Source: Methylorubrum extorquens (GTDB taxonomy: Bacteria > Pseudomonadota > Alphaproteobacteria > Rhizobiales > Beijerinckiaceae). From it: a stretch of 32,000 bases of DNA. Positions 12,326 through 24,318 of the stretch are shown here, piece by piece (position 1 is the first letter of the stretch; the number at the start of each line of letters is the position of its first letter). A program made the translations under genes and the position numbers. The notes under the pieces are model-generated. The model did not search any database, was not told the DNA's origin, and saw nothing but the letters and a program-made list of their open reading frames with translations. Location of the stretch: assembly GCA_900234795.1 (NCBI GenBank), contig LT962688.1, positions 4,080,001-4,112,000 of the forward strand. Reading direction: 5' to 3'.

Positions 12326-12402
12326 CGAGACCTCGTCGGACGAGCAGGAAGGGAGGGCTGAGCGGGCGGCCCAAGCCTCCCGCCGCCGAGCCTGACGGCG
12401 CT

Positions 12403-13596
<1,194 letters not shown>

Positions 13597-13715
13597 CTAT
13601 CTCTTTCCCTCGCGCCGAACTGCAGCCGGCAAGGGGTCGGTGACATGTTTTGCAGTCTGTCATTGAGTGACATCCCGACCGCGCCGCGATGCAGCACCGA
13701 AACTATATTCCGTAT

Positions 13716-14450
13716 TCAGAAAGTACCGGTCCGCAGCGCCCGCTGGATCGATTGGATGACCGCGCCGAGCCGGGCATCGAGCAGATCGCGGGGCACGTCC
13801 GCGTCGTGCTGGATCGCGACCGGATGGGTGAAGCGGTAGCTCGCGTCGAAGATGACGGCGATGGCCCGTTCGCGGTCGCGGGCGGCGAAGACGCCGGTGC
13901 CGATGCCCTCTTCCACCACGCGCTCCACGAGCGCGCGCAGCCGTACGCGATGGCGGCGGGCGATCGGACGGGAGGCGACGGTGGCGTCGAGATGCACGGC
14001 AAACAGGTTCGGTTCGCGGGTCAGCATCTCGCTCTGTGCGCTGGCCAGCGCGCTGACGAAGCGCTCGATCTTGTCGTCGGCGGGATCGGGCGCGTCGGCG
14101 ATGCCGGCGAGTTCCGTTTCCAGATCGCGCAGCCAGCGGCCGGCGACCGCATCCAGCAGGGCGTCCTTCGAGGGGAAGTAGCGGTAGACGTTGGCATGGG
14201 TCATGCCCGCTTCCGCCGCGACCGCCACAACCGTGACCCGTTTCGGACCGAGCCGGGTCAGGTGCTCCGTGGCGATGGCGAGCAGCCGCGCGTCCGTCGA
14301 GACCGGCGTGGACCGGGCGCGGGCGGCCGGGCCGGTGAGACGCGACGGTCGAGAGGGAGCGGCACGCGGATCGGAAACTGGATCGTTCGCCTCCCTCTCG
14401 CTCTCGGCCAGGGTGACGGGGATGGTGAAAGATCCGTACGGCAACATCAT
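13716..14450 (-). CDS. TetR/AcrR family transcriptional regulator
   Basis: HTH region LLAIATEHLTRLGPKRVTVVAVAAEAGMTHANVYRYFPSKDALL. The start is set at the first ATG (14450, residue 101 of track ORF 13716..14750). About 55 residues precede the HTH, so the true start may be further downstream. Confidence 0.8.
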   Translation of the reverse strand: MMLPYGSFTIPVTLAESEREANDPVSDPRAAPSRPSRLTGPAARARSTPVSTDARLLAIATEHLTRLGPKRVTVVAVAAEAGMTHANVYRYFPSKDALLDAVAGRWLRDLETELAGIADAPDPADDKIERFVSALASAQSEMLTREPNLFAVHLDATVASRPIARRHRVRLRALVERVVEEGIGTGVFAARDRERAIAVIFDASYRFTHPVAIQHDADVPRDLLDARLGAVIQSIQRALRTGTF

Positions 14451-14698
14451 TTTCCCGGCACAGAGACAACAAGCGTGGGTGCACTCGACCAAGCGAGCCT
14501 GATCGAGAGCGGTGCCGTCCCACGCGCTCGCGTACAAGCCTTCCCCTCCGAGCGGCACTTTGCAACCCCTCTCGGCACCGGTTTTTCTGCGAATCCCGCT
14601 TGGATTGCAGTCAAGCCGAGATTGTGGGGCTTTCGACTCGGCGCCGACGGGGGTACCGGACGCTTCGCCGCTTCCGCAAAACCGTCTATGACCGCCCG

Positions 14699-16438
14699 AT
14701 GACCGTCCCCCTGCCGCCGGCGCCGCCGCCCGGCGAACCGATCGAAGCACGTCTGCGCCGCGGCCTCGGAGCCCGGTCGATCGTGCTCGTCGGCCTGATG
14801 GGGGCGGGCAAGAGCACCGTCGGGCGCCGCCTCGCCGGGCGCCTCGGGCTGATGTTCAAGGATGCCGACCACGAGATCGAGGCGGCGGCCAAGCTCACCA
14901 TCGCCGACATTTTCTCGATCTACGGCGAGGCGAGCTTCCGCGAGGGCGAGGAGCGGGTGATCGCGCGTCTCCTGCGCGAGGGACCGATGGTGCTGGCCAC
15001 AGGCGGCGGCGCCTTCATGCGCGAGGCGACGCGGGCGCGGATCGCCGAGGGGGCCATCTCGGTCTGGCTCAAGGCCGACCTCGACGTGCTGATGCGACGC
15101 GTGCGCAAACGCAACACGCGCCCTCTGCTCCAGACCGAGGATCCGGAGGCGACCATGCGCACACTGATGGAGGTGCGCCATCCGGTCTATGCCCAAGCCG
15201 ATGTCACGGTGCTGTCCCGCGAAGTGTCCCACGACCGCGTGGTGGAGGACGTGATGGAAGCTCTCGATATCCACATCAACCCGTCTCATACGACACAATC
15301 ACAACATTTGACATTCAGTATGACGCAGCAACCCTCGCGTGTGAACGTTCCCCTGTCGGGTGGACGCGAATACGATATTCGGATCGGTCGGGGCCTTATC
15401 GACGCGGTGGGTGCGGAGGCGCGGGATCTCGGCGCCCGGGCTGCCGGTATCGTCACCGACGAGACGGTCGCCGGCCTCTACGGCGAGCGCGTGCGGGCCA
15501 GCCTCGAGGCCGCCGGGTTGCGCTGCGGCATCATCGCCGTGCCACCGGGCGAGGCTTCGAAGAGCTACGCGGAATTCGCCCGCGTCTGCGACGGCCTGCT
15601 CGCCCAGAAGATCGAGCGCGGCGACCTCGTCGTGGCGCTCGGCGGCGGCGTTGTCGGCGATCTCGCGGGCTTCGCGGCGGCCTCCCTGCGGCGCGGTGTC
15701 CGCTTCCTCCAGGTTCCGACCACCTTGCTCGCGCAGGTTGATTCCTCGGTGGGAGGAAAAACCGGGATCAACTCGCCGCTCGGCAAGAATCTGATCGGCG
15801 CCTTCCACCAGCCCCGCCTCGTGCTGGCCGACACCGCCGCCCTCGACACGCTCTCGGAGCGCGAGATGCGGGCGGGTTACGCCGAGGTCGCCAAGTACGG
15901 CTTGATCGGTGATGCCGGCTTCTTCGAGTGGTGCGAGGCGAACTGGGCCGGCATCTTCTCCGGTGGGCCGGAGCGCGACGAGGCGGTGGCCGCCTGCTGC
16001 CGCGCCAAGGCCGGCGTCGTGACCCGCGACGAGCGGGAGGACGGCGAGCGCGCCCTGCTCAATCTCGGCCACACCTTCGGCCACGCCCTGGAGCGGCTGA
16101 CCGGTTACGACGCGGCCCGCCTCGTCCACGGCGAGGGCGTCGCGATCGGTCTGGCGCTGGCCTTCCGCTTCTCGGCCCGGCTCGGCCTCTGCCCCGGCCA
16201 GGATGCGGGGCGCGTGGCCAACCACCTCGCGCTCGCCGGCCTGCCGACCCGCCTGCAACAGGTGCCGGGCGGGGCCGGCGACCCGGATGCCCTCCTCGAC
16301 GCCATGGCTCAGGACAAGAAGGTCCGCGACGGGCAGCTCACCTTCATCCTCGCCCACGGCATCGGCCAGAGCTTCATCGCGCCGGGCATCGATGCGGCGG
16401 AGGTGCGGGCCTTCCTGGAGGCGGAACTGCGGGGCTGA
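14699..16438 (+). CDS. aroKB: Bifunctional shikimate kinase / 3-dehydroquinate synthase (in-frame AroK-AroB fusion)
   Basis: AroK part: Walker A GLMGAGKSTVGRRLA and LID ATGGGAF. AroB part: GGGVVGDLAGFAA, GGKTGIN, NLGHTFGHALE. There is no stop codon between the two parts; the aroB-type ATG at 15320 is in frame. The start at ATG 14699 is tentative, because the ORF is open from TTG 14600. Confidence 0.85.
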   Translation: MTVPLPPAPPPGEPIEARLRRGLGARSIVLVGLMGAGKSTVGRRLAGRLGLMFKDADHEIEAAAKLTIADIFSIYGEASFREGEERVIARLLREGPMVLATGGGAFMREATRARIAEGAISVWLKADLDVLMRRVRKRNTRPLLQTEDPEATMRTLMEVRHPVYAQADVTVLSREVSHDRVVEDVMEALDIHINPSHTTQSQHLTFSMTQQPSRVNVPLSGGREYDIRIGRGLIDAVGAEARDLGARAAGIVTDETVAGLYGERVRASLEAAGLRCGIIAVPPGEASKSYAEFARVCDGLLAQKIERGDLVVALGGGVVGDLAGFAAASLRRGVRFLQVPTTLLAQVDSSVGGKTGINSPLGKNLIGAFHQPRLVLADTAALDTLSEREMRAGYAEVAKYGLIGDAGFFEWCEANWAGIFSGGPERDEAVAACCRAKAGVVTRDEREDGERALLNLGHTFGHALERLTGYDAARLVHGEGVAIGLALAFRFSARLGLCPGQDAGRVANHLALAGLPTRLQQVPGGAGDPDALLDAMAQDKKVRDGQLTFILAHGIGQSFIAPGIDAAEVRAFLEAELRG

Positions 16439-16556
16439 GCGAGCCCCCCCGCGGCGCAAGGACCACGGTGCAAGGGAGGGCCGGAGCGGGCGCAGTCGCG
16501 TTCCCGCCCGAATACGACTATATGAGAGCCGTTCCAGCTTTCTAAGGTCTTGAGCC

Positions 16557-17834
16557 ATGGCGACGGCGTCGTTCGACTCCGCCCCGGGCGCATCGCGCGC
16601 CCTCCCCGCAATCGAGAAGGCCCCCGAGGTCACGGCCCTCTCGACCCTGCCCGACCGCAAGGCCTCCCTCGTCGGCCTGACCCGCGAGGGCCTGAAGCAG
16701 GCGCTCATCGGCATCGGCGTGCCCGAGCGCGAGACGCGGATGCGGGTGAGCCAGGTCTGGCACTGGATCTACGTGCGCGGCGCGCGCGAATTTTCCGAGA
16801 TGACCAATGTCGGCAAGGGCCTGAAGGCGCAGCTTGCCGACCACTTCACTCTGGAGCGTCCGGAGGTCGTCACCGAGCAGGTTTCTCGCGACGGCACCCG
16901 CAAATGGCTCCTGCGCATGGCGCCGACCGGCGCGCACGACCACAACCGCGGCGCCGAGATCGAGTGCGTCTACATCCCCGGCGACGACCGCGGCACGCTC
17001 TGCGTCTCGTCCCAGGTCGGCTGTACGCTCACCTGCTCGTTCTGCCATACCGGCACGCAGCGCCTCGTGCGCAACCTCTCGACGGCGGAGATCGTCGCGC
17101 AGCTCGTCGTTGCCCGCGACGCACTCGGCGACTTCACCGGCCAGATGCCGGGCAAGGATGGCGGCGAGCCCGGTCGGCTGGTCACCAACATCGTGTTCAT
17201 GGGCATGGGCGAGCCGCTCTACAATCTCGACGCGGTGATCGATGCCATCGCGGTGATGTCGGACCAGGAAGGCCTCGCGCTCTCGCGGCGGCGCATCACG
17301 GTCTCGACCTCCGGCGTGGTGCCGCAGATCGAGCGGCTGGGGCTGGAAGCCAACGCCATGCTGGCGATCTCGCTGCACGCGGTGCGCGACGACCTGCGCG
17401 ACGAGCTGGTGCCGCTGAACCGCAAATACCCGATCGCCCAGTTGCTCGACGCCTGCCGGAACTATCCGGGGCTGAGCAACGCCCGGCGCATCACCTTCGA
17501 GTACGTGATGCTGAAGGGCGTCAACGATTCGGATGCCGATGCCCGCGCCCTGGTCCGGCTGCTCAAGGGCATCCCGGCCAAGATCAACCTGATCCCGTTC
17601 AACCCCTGGCCCGGCTCGAAATACGAGTGCTCGGACTGGGAGCGGATCGAACGCTTCTCCGAGATCGTCTTCACCGCCGGCTACGCCTCGCCGGTGCGCA
17701 CCCCGCGCGGGCGCGACATCCTGGCGGCCTGCGGCCAGCTCAAGAGCGAGACCGAGAAGCTGCGCGCCCGCGCCCGGCTGATGCTCGAAGAGGGCATGGG
17801 CGCCGAGGCCGTCTACGCCGATCAGGTCGACTGA
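16557..17834 (+). CDS. rlmN: 23S rRNA (adenine2503-C2)-methyltransferase / tRNA m2A37 methyltransferase, radical SAM
   Basis: 425 aa. Radical-SAM cluster motif [18 protein letters not shown], plus [11 protein letters not shown] and a C-terminal catalytic Cys (ILAACGQL). Confidence 0.93.
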   Translation: MATASFDSAPGASRALPAIEKAPEVTALSTLPDRKASLVGLTREGLKQALIGIGVPERETRMRVSQVWHWIYVRGAREFSEMTNVGKGLKAQLADHFTLERPEVVTEQVSRDGTRKWLLRMAPTGAHDHNRGAEIECVYIPGDDRGTLCVSSQVGCTLTCSFCHTGTQRLVRNLSTAEIVAQLVVARDALGDFTGQMPGKDGGEPGRLVTNIVFMGMGEPLYNLDAVIDAIAVMSDQEGLALSRRRITVSTSGVVPQIERLGLEANAMLAISLHAVRDDLRDELVPLNRKYPIAQLLDACRNYPGLSNARRITFEYVMLKGVNDSDADARALVRLLKGIPAKINLIPFNPWPGSKYECSDWERIERFSEIVFTAGYASPVRTPRGRDILAACGQLKSETEKLRARARLMLEEGMGAEAVYADQVD

Positions 17835-17843
17835 TTGTCGTGT

Positions 17844-17869
17844 CCCCTTCCCGCTCGCGCGGGGAGGGG
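17844..17869. terminator. Shared stem-loop between convergent rlmN and pckA
   Basis: CCCCTTCCCGC-tcgc-GCGGGGAGGGG, 11 paired positions with one non-Watson-Crick pair. It fills most of the 45-bp gap between the two stop codons. There is no clear U-tract on either side. Confidence 0.45.
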
Positions 17870-17879
17870 CTGTGACCGC

Positions 17880-19499
<1,620 letters not shown>

Positions 19500-19825
19500 G
19501 GGGTGTTCCTCCCTCACGGCCCCTGATCGCGCCGCCACGCCGGTCGATCCGGCTGTTTCGCGTTGTCGGTGGGGCGTCCGTGCGGTCGCTCAGGGCCGCC
19601 GCACGCAGGTTCTCCGCCCCGTCCGTTCAATGGATCGGTCTCCGGCTTGGCCGTCAACTAATCCTTGGTATGGGCTCAAATAAAATTTGCGCGCCGGCTC
19701 CCCATGCAGCGGCCAAGCTGTCGCAAACCTGAACGGGCAAAATCCCGGCGGCAAAATTCCGCGGAAGGCTTATGTGAGGGAAGGCGTCCGCCGCTCCTCC
19801 TCATTCACAGCCGTTTCGCACCCGC

Positions 19826-20431
19826 ATGCCCCAAGCCGTCGCCGGCCCCGAGATCGAGCGCCTGATCCAGCTTCTCGGGCGCATGCCGGGGCTCGGGCCC
19901 CGCTCCGCCCGCCGGGCCGCGCTCCAACTCATCAAGAAGCGCGAGACCCTGCTCGCGCCGCTGGCCGACGCGATGCGTGTCGCGGCCGAGCGCATCGTCG
20001 TGTGCCGCTCCTGCGGCAACGTCGATACCAGCGACCCCTGCACGATCTGCCGGGATGAGACCCGCGACCCCACCACCCTCGTCGTGGTGGAGGACGTGTC
20101 CGATCTCTGGGCGCTGGAGCGGTCCGGCGCGGTCAAGGCGCGCTATCACGTGCTCGGCGGCGTGCTCTCGGCGCTCGACGGGGTGCGGCCCGAGCACCTC
20201 ACCATTGCCCGCCTCGTGGAGCGGGCGGGCGAGCCGGGGGTGAAGGAGATCATCTTGGCGCTGAACGCCACCGTCGACGGCCAGACCACGGCTCACTACG
20301 TCACCGAGTCGATCAAACCTTTCGGGCTGACGGTCACCCGCCTCGCCCACGGCGTGCCCGTCGGCGGCGAGCTCGATTATCTCGACGAGGGCACTCTGAC
20401 AGCGGCGATCCGCAGCCGCACGGCGTTCTGA
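19826..20431 (+). CDS. recR: Recombination mediator protein RecR
   Basis: 201 aa. HhH motif [12 protein letters not shown]4 zinc finger [16 protein letters not shown], and a Toprim region (LVVVEDVSD). Confidence 0.95.
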   Translation: MPQAVAGPEIERLIQLLGRMPGLGPRSARRAALQLIKKRETLLAPLADAMRVAAERIVVCRSCGNVDTSDPCTICRDETRDPTTLVVVEDVSDLWALERSGAVKARYHVLGGVLSALDGVRPEHLTIARLVERAGEPGVKEIILALNATVDGQTTAHYVTESIKPFGLTVTRLAHGVPVGGELDYLDEGTLTAAIRSRTAF

Positions 20432-20545
20432 GCCGGCGGTCGGCGCGGGCCGGAACGAGGCTCTAACCGCCCTTTAAGTCGCGGCACGATAAAAGCCCGG
20501 CATCGGCCGTAGCGCGACGGTCTTGTCCAAGTCGGGTGGTCCGGG

Positions 20546-21835
20546 ATGCGAACCGCATCGTTGCCAGCGGAGCAGGGCCGGCCCCGCCCGGCGGCGGCGG
20601 TCTACGAGCGGCTCGCAACGCCGCTGGTGGTGCGCACCCTTCTCGCGGCCCTCACGGTGGTGATCCTGGGCCGGACGGCGCGGTTCACCGGCCTTTTCGG
20701 CCCTATAGGGCTCTCGGATTTCGACATCCTCCACATCGCCGGCCGGATGGTGTGGCGGGGCGACATCGCGGATGCCTACCACCTTCCCGCCCTGTTGCGG
20801 GTCCAGCAGGACCTCACGGGGCAGCAGGACTTCCTGCCCTGGGCCTATCCGCCGCCGTTCAACCTCGTGGTCGCCGTGCTCGCGACCCTGCCGGTCAGCC
20901 TCGCCTACCTGCTCTTCACCGGCACGACGCTCGCCGCGTTCCTGTTCGTGCTGCGCCGGATTGCCGGTCCGTTCTTCCCCGCCCTCCTGATCGCGCTGTT
21001 TCCAGCCCTCTTCATCACGGTGTCCTGCGGCCAGAACGGGTTCCTCACGGGCACGCTGATCGGCCTGGCCTGTCTCGGGCTGGTGCATGGGAGGGCGTCG
21101 GCCGGCCTGCCGCTCGGCCTGATGGTGATCAAGCCGCATCTCGCCGTCGGCGTCGCGGTCTGTGCCCTGGCCCTACGGCGATGGGCGTGTCTGGCCGTGG
21201 CCGCGGGCACCGCGGGCGTCGCGGCGGCGCTCGCCACCGCCGTGCTCGGCACCGCGATCTGGCCGGCCTTCCTGCGGGGCGCCGACGAGGCGTCGGCCAA
21301 CCTGGCCGCGGGCCTCTATCCCCTGTTCCGGATGATCTCGGTCTACGCCTCGCTGCGCAGCCTCGATCTGCCGGCCGCGGGCGCCCTCGCGGCGCAGGCG
21401 ATGACGGCCGTCACGGCGCTCGGCTTCGTCCTGCTCGCGCTCCGGCGCGGATTACCGCGGCGTCAGGTGGTCGGCCTCGCCGCCGTGGCGGGCCTGCTCG
21501 TGAGCCCCTACGCCTACGATTACGATCTGTCGCTCTATGGCGTCGGCCTGGCCCTGCTGCTTCCGGATCTTCTCGATCGCGCGAGCCGCCGCGAACAGGC
21601 CGCCCTGCTCGGTCTCGGCTGGGTGGCCAGTGGCTACGGCTTCGTCGCCGGGACGATCAACGAGCACCTCGTTCCGGTGGGAGCGGAGCCTCTCGTCGCG
21701 CTGTCGCTGCCCGGCCCGTTTCTGCTGATCCTGCTCGCGTTGATGTGGCACGTCCTGCGGCGAGAGCGGGCTCCGGCCTCGGCGGTAGAGACCGATCCGG
21801 CCACGGCCGCGCTGCAGGCGTCTGCGGCGCTATGA
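20546..21835 (+). CDS. Polytopic membrane glycosyltransferase, GT87/DUF2029-like
   Basis: 429 aa with about 10 hydrophobic segments. The N-terminal loop (SDFDILHIAGRMVWRGDIADAY ... WAYPPPF) and GQNGFLT resemble the DUF2029/PimE-like family. Called from remembered family features only, not from an alignment. Confidence 0.55.
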   Translation: MRTASLPAEQGRPRPAAAVYERLATPLVVRTLLAALTVVILGRTARFTGLFGPIGLSDFDILHIAGRMVWRGDIADAYHLPALLRVQQDLTGQQDFLPWAYPPPFNLVVAVLATLPVSLAYLLFTGTTLAAFLFVLRRIAGPFFPALLIALFPALFITVSCGQNGFLTGTLIGLACLGLVHGRASAGLPLGLMVIKPHLAVGVAVCALALRRWACLAVAAGTAGVAAALATAVLGTAIWPAFLRGADEASANLAAGLYPLFRMISVYASLRSLDLPAAGALAAQAMTAVTALGFVLLALRRGLPRRQVVGLAAVAGLLVSPYAYDYDLSLYGVGLALLLPDLLDRASRREQAALLGLGWVASGYGFVAGTINEHLVPVGAEPLVALSLPGPFLLILLALMWHVLRRERAPASAVETDPATAALQASAAL

Positions 21836-21882
21836 CGGAGATGCACCCAGAGCCAGAGCGCGAAGAGCGTCGCGCGGAGCGG

Positions 21883-21911
21883 GCTTTTCAGGACCTTCGG
21901 TCGTGAAAGGC
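21883..21911. other. Interrupted stem-loop downstream of the GT87-like gene
   Basis: GCTTTTCA-g-GACC-ttc-GGTC-g-TGAAAGGC, 12 paired positions including one T-G pair. It lies 47 nt after the stop at 21835. There is no U-tract. Confidence 0.4.
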
Positions 21912-21943
21912 ATCGAGCGGAGCGGCCGCCGGCACTTGAGGCC

Positions 21944-21985
21944 AGAATAAAACGAGGGTGATCGCTTGAAGCGATCACCCTCGTT
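21944..21985 (-). terminator. Canonical rho-independent terminator oriented on the minus strand
   Basis: Perfect 15-bp stem AACGAGGGTGATCGC (21951..21965) / GCGATCACCCTCGTT (21971..21985) with a 5-nt loop. On the minus strand the stem is followed by TTTTATTCT; on the plus strand it is followed by GCACACGG, with no T-run. Confidence 0.6.
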
Positions 21986-21998
21986 GCACACGGGGATA

Positions 21999-22027
21999 TT
22001 TGACCACCCCGGCGCTGCCGCCTATCT
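21999..22027 (+). promoter_or_regulatory. Candidate sigma-70 promoter of def-fmt-truA
   Basis: tTTGAC (21999..22004), a 17-nt spacer, then CTATCT (22022..22027). This compares with the rhizobial consensus CTTGAC-N17-CTATAT. It lies 64 nt upstream of the def ATG. Sequence match only. Confidence 0.35.
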
Positions 22028-22090
22028 GCGGGTGGTGAAACGCCTTTTCAGGCTCCTGCTCGCGCTCTCGCCCATCCCAGCCCGGAAGCC

Positions 22091-22606
22091 ATGACCGTCC
22101 GCCCCCTCGTGATCCTGCCCGACGCGCAGTTGCGCCTCACCTCCGAGCCGGTGGCGGCCGTCACCGACGAGATCCGGACGCTTGCCCGCGACATGATCGA
22201 GACGATGTACGACGCCCCCGGCGTCGGCCTCGCCGCGATCCAGATCGGGGTGGCCAAGCGGGTCGTCACCATCGACACCTCGAAGGACGAGAACGCGAAG
22301 AATCCGACCGTCTACCTCAACCCGGAGATCGTCTGGGTGTCGGAAGAGAAGCGGGTCTACGACGAGGGCTGCCTGTCGATCCCCGAATTCTACGGCGAGG
22401 TCGAGCGGCCGGACCGCGTCCGGGTGCGCTACATGAACCTCGACGGGCAGATTGTGGAGCAGGAGGCCGACGGCCTGCTCGCGACCTGCCTCCAGCACGA
22501 GATCGACCACCTCAACGGCGTCCTGTTCATCGATCACCTGTCGAAGCTGAAGCGTGACCGGGTGATGAAGAAGTTCACCAAGGCCGCCAAGCGCGACGCC
22601 GCCTGA
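22091..22606 (+). CDS. def: Peptide deformylase
   Basis: 171 aa. The three metal-site motifs are present: [25 protein letters not shown]. Confidence 0.96.
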   Translation: MTVRPLVILPDAQLRLTSEPVAAVTDEIRTLARDMIETMYDAPGVGLAAIQIGVAKRVVTIDTSKDENAKNPTVYLNPEIVWVSEEKRVYDEGCLSIPEFYGEVERPDRVRVRYMNLDGQIVEQEADGLLATCLQHEIDHLNGVLFIDHLSKLKRDRVMKKFTKAAKRDAA

Positions 22607-22616
22607 CGACGATCCG

Positions 22617-23546
22617 ATGCGCATCGTCTTCATGGGAACGCCGGATTTCGCTGTTCCCACCCTGGATCGCCTCCACGCCGGCGGGCACACGATCGCCGCC
22701 GTCTACACCCGCGCCCCGGCCAGAGCCGGCCGCGGCATGGCGCTCAAGCTCTCTCCGGTCCATGCCCGCGCCGAGGCTTTGGGCCTTCCCGTTCTGACGC
22801 CGACGACGCTGAAGAGCGAGGAGGCCGCCGAGACCTTCGCCGGGCATGGGGCGGAGGTGGCGGTGGTCGTCGCCTACGGCATGCTGCTCCCGCAAAGGAT
22901 CCTCGACCTTCCGCGCTTCGGCTGCCTCAACCTGCACGGCTCGCTGCTGCCGCGCTGGCGCGGGGCCGCGCCGATCCAGCGGGCGGTGATGGCGGGTGAC
23001 ACGGAGAGCGGCGTCGGTGTGATGCGGATGGAGGCCGGGCTCGATACCGGGCCGGTGGCGATGGAAGCGCGCGTGCCGATTTCCGAGGGCATGAATGCGG
23101 GCGAGCTGCACGATGCGCTGATGCCGCTCGGCGCCGACCTGATGGGGCAGGCGATCCGCGCGCTGGAGCGGGACGGCCTGACCTTCACGCCGCAGGCGGA
23201 GGAGGGTGTCGTCTACGCCCACAAGATCACCAACGAAGAGGCGCGGATCGATTGGTCGCGCCCGGCGGCGGAGGTTGCGCGCCACATCAACGGGCTGTCG
23301 CCGTTCCCTGGCGCCTATGTCGAGGCCGATCTGGGCAAGGGATTGGAGCGGGTGAAGGTGCTGCGGGCCGTCACCGCCGAGAGCTCCGGCGCGCCGGGCA
23401 CGCTGCTCGATGCCGCCGGCACGGTGGCCTGCGGCACGGGCGCGGTGCGGCTCCTCGAACTGCGCCGGGCCGGCAAGGGCGGCACCGCCAGCGGGGAGGA
23501 GTTCCTGCGCGGCGCGCGGCTGGCGGCGGGAGCGCGGCTCGGGTGA
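22617..23546 (+). CDS. fmt: Methionyl-tRNA formyltransferase
   Basis: 309 aa. Begins MRIVFMGTPDFAVP; also HGSLLPRWRGAAPIQRAV. Starts 10 nt after the def stop. Confidence 0.95.
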   Translation: MRIVFMGTPDFAVPTLDRLHAGGHTIAAVYTRAPARAGRGMALKLSPVHARAEALGLPVLTPTTLKSEEAAETFAGHGAEVAVVVAYGMLLPQRILDLPRFGCLNLHGSLLPRWRGAAPIQRAVMAGDTESGVGVMRMEAGLDTGPVAMEARVPISEGMNAGELHDALMPLGADLMGQAIRALERDGLTFTPQAEEGVVYAHKITNEEARIDWSRPAAEVARHINGLSPFPGAYVEADLGKGLERVKVLRAVTAESSGAPGTLLDAAGTVACGTGAVRLLELRRAGKGGTASGEEFLRGARLAAGARLG

Positions 23547-23559
23547 GCGCGCAAGCCTG

Positions 23560-24318
23560 ATGCCCCGCTACAAGCTCGTCATCGAGTACGACGGCGCGCC
23601 GTTCCGCGGCTGGCAGCGTCAGGCCGACGACCCGACCGTGCAGGCCGCCATCGAGACCGCCGTGACGCGCTTCTCCGGCGAGACGGCGCGGCTTACCTGC
23701 GCCGGCCGCACCGATGCCGGCGTGCACGCGATCCACCAGGTCGCCCATCTCGACCTTGCGAAGGATTGGCGCACCGACACCGTGCGCGACGCGCTGAACG
23801 CGCATCTGCGGCCGCAGCCGGTCTCCATCCTCTCCGCCGAGGTGGTGACCCATGAATTCGACGCGCGGCACTCGGCGATCCGGCGGCACTACCGCTACCG
23901 CATCCTCAACCGACGCAGCCCCGCCGCGCTCACCCGCGCCCATGTCTGGCAGGTGCCCTGGCCGCTCGATGCCGAGCTGATGCATAGGGCGGCGCAACGG
24001 CTCCTCGGCCACCACGATTTCTCGGCGTTCCGCGCCGCCGAGTGCCAGGCGAAGTCGCCCATGCGCACGCTGGAACAGCTCGACGTGACCCGCGAGCGGA
24101 TGGGCCTGTTCGAGGAGATCGTGATCGCGACCTCGGCCCGCTCGTTCCTGCACCATCAGGTGCGCGCCATGGCCGGCACGCTGATGCTCGCCGGCTGCAA
24201 ACGCCTCTCCGCCGACGACGTGGCGGAAATCCTGGCGACGGGGGCCAAGCACCGCTGCGGGCCGCTGGCGCCGGCCTGCGGGCTGACGTTTGTGGGTGTC
24301 GATTACGACGAGAAATAA
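23560..24318 (+). CDS. truA: tRNA pseudouridine(38-40) synthase
   Basis: Start at ATG 23560 (residue 51 of track ORF 23410..24318), giving [21 protein letters not shown]. Catalytic Asp motif GRTDAGVHA. Lies 13 nt after the fmt stop. Confidence 0.93.
   Translation: MPRYKLVIEYDGAPFRGWQRQADDPTVQAAIETAVTRFSGETARLTCAGRTDAGVHAIHQVAHLDLAKDWRTDTVRDALNAHLRPQPVSILSAEVVTHEFDARHSAIRRHYRYRILNRRSPAALTRAHVWQVPWPLDAELMHRAAQRLLGHHDFSAFRAAECQAKSPMRTLEQLDVTRERMGLFEEIVIATSARSFLHHQVRAMAGTLMLAGCKRLSADDVAEILATGAKHRCGPLAPACGLTFVGVDYDEK

Noticed and set aside
19500-19825. Search for an SRP (4.5S) RNA or other housekeeping RNA upstream of recR
   Set aside because: I saw no GGAAGCAGCC-type domain IV core and no extended conserved helix. 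The region reads as an ordinary divergent promoter spacer.
20474-21139. 221-aa minus-strand ORF rich in Glu/Arg/His/Gln
   Set aside because: It is the antisense frame of the hydrophobic GT87-like membrane protein. The charged, low-complexity sequence is the expected mirror image of Leu/Ala/Gly-rich codons.
22022-22690. 222-aa minus-strand ORF ending 37 nt upstream of the minus-strand terminator, including a 17-codon sub-ORF (22022..22075, [17 protein letters not shown])
   Set aside because: It was tempting as the gene served by the orphan terminator. However, it is the antisense frame of def and fmt, with artefactual Gly/Arg/Asp/Val composition. The 17-codon piece has no ribosome-binding site and nothing to support translation. 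I kept it only as a possible non-coding transcript in the findings.
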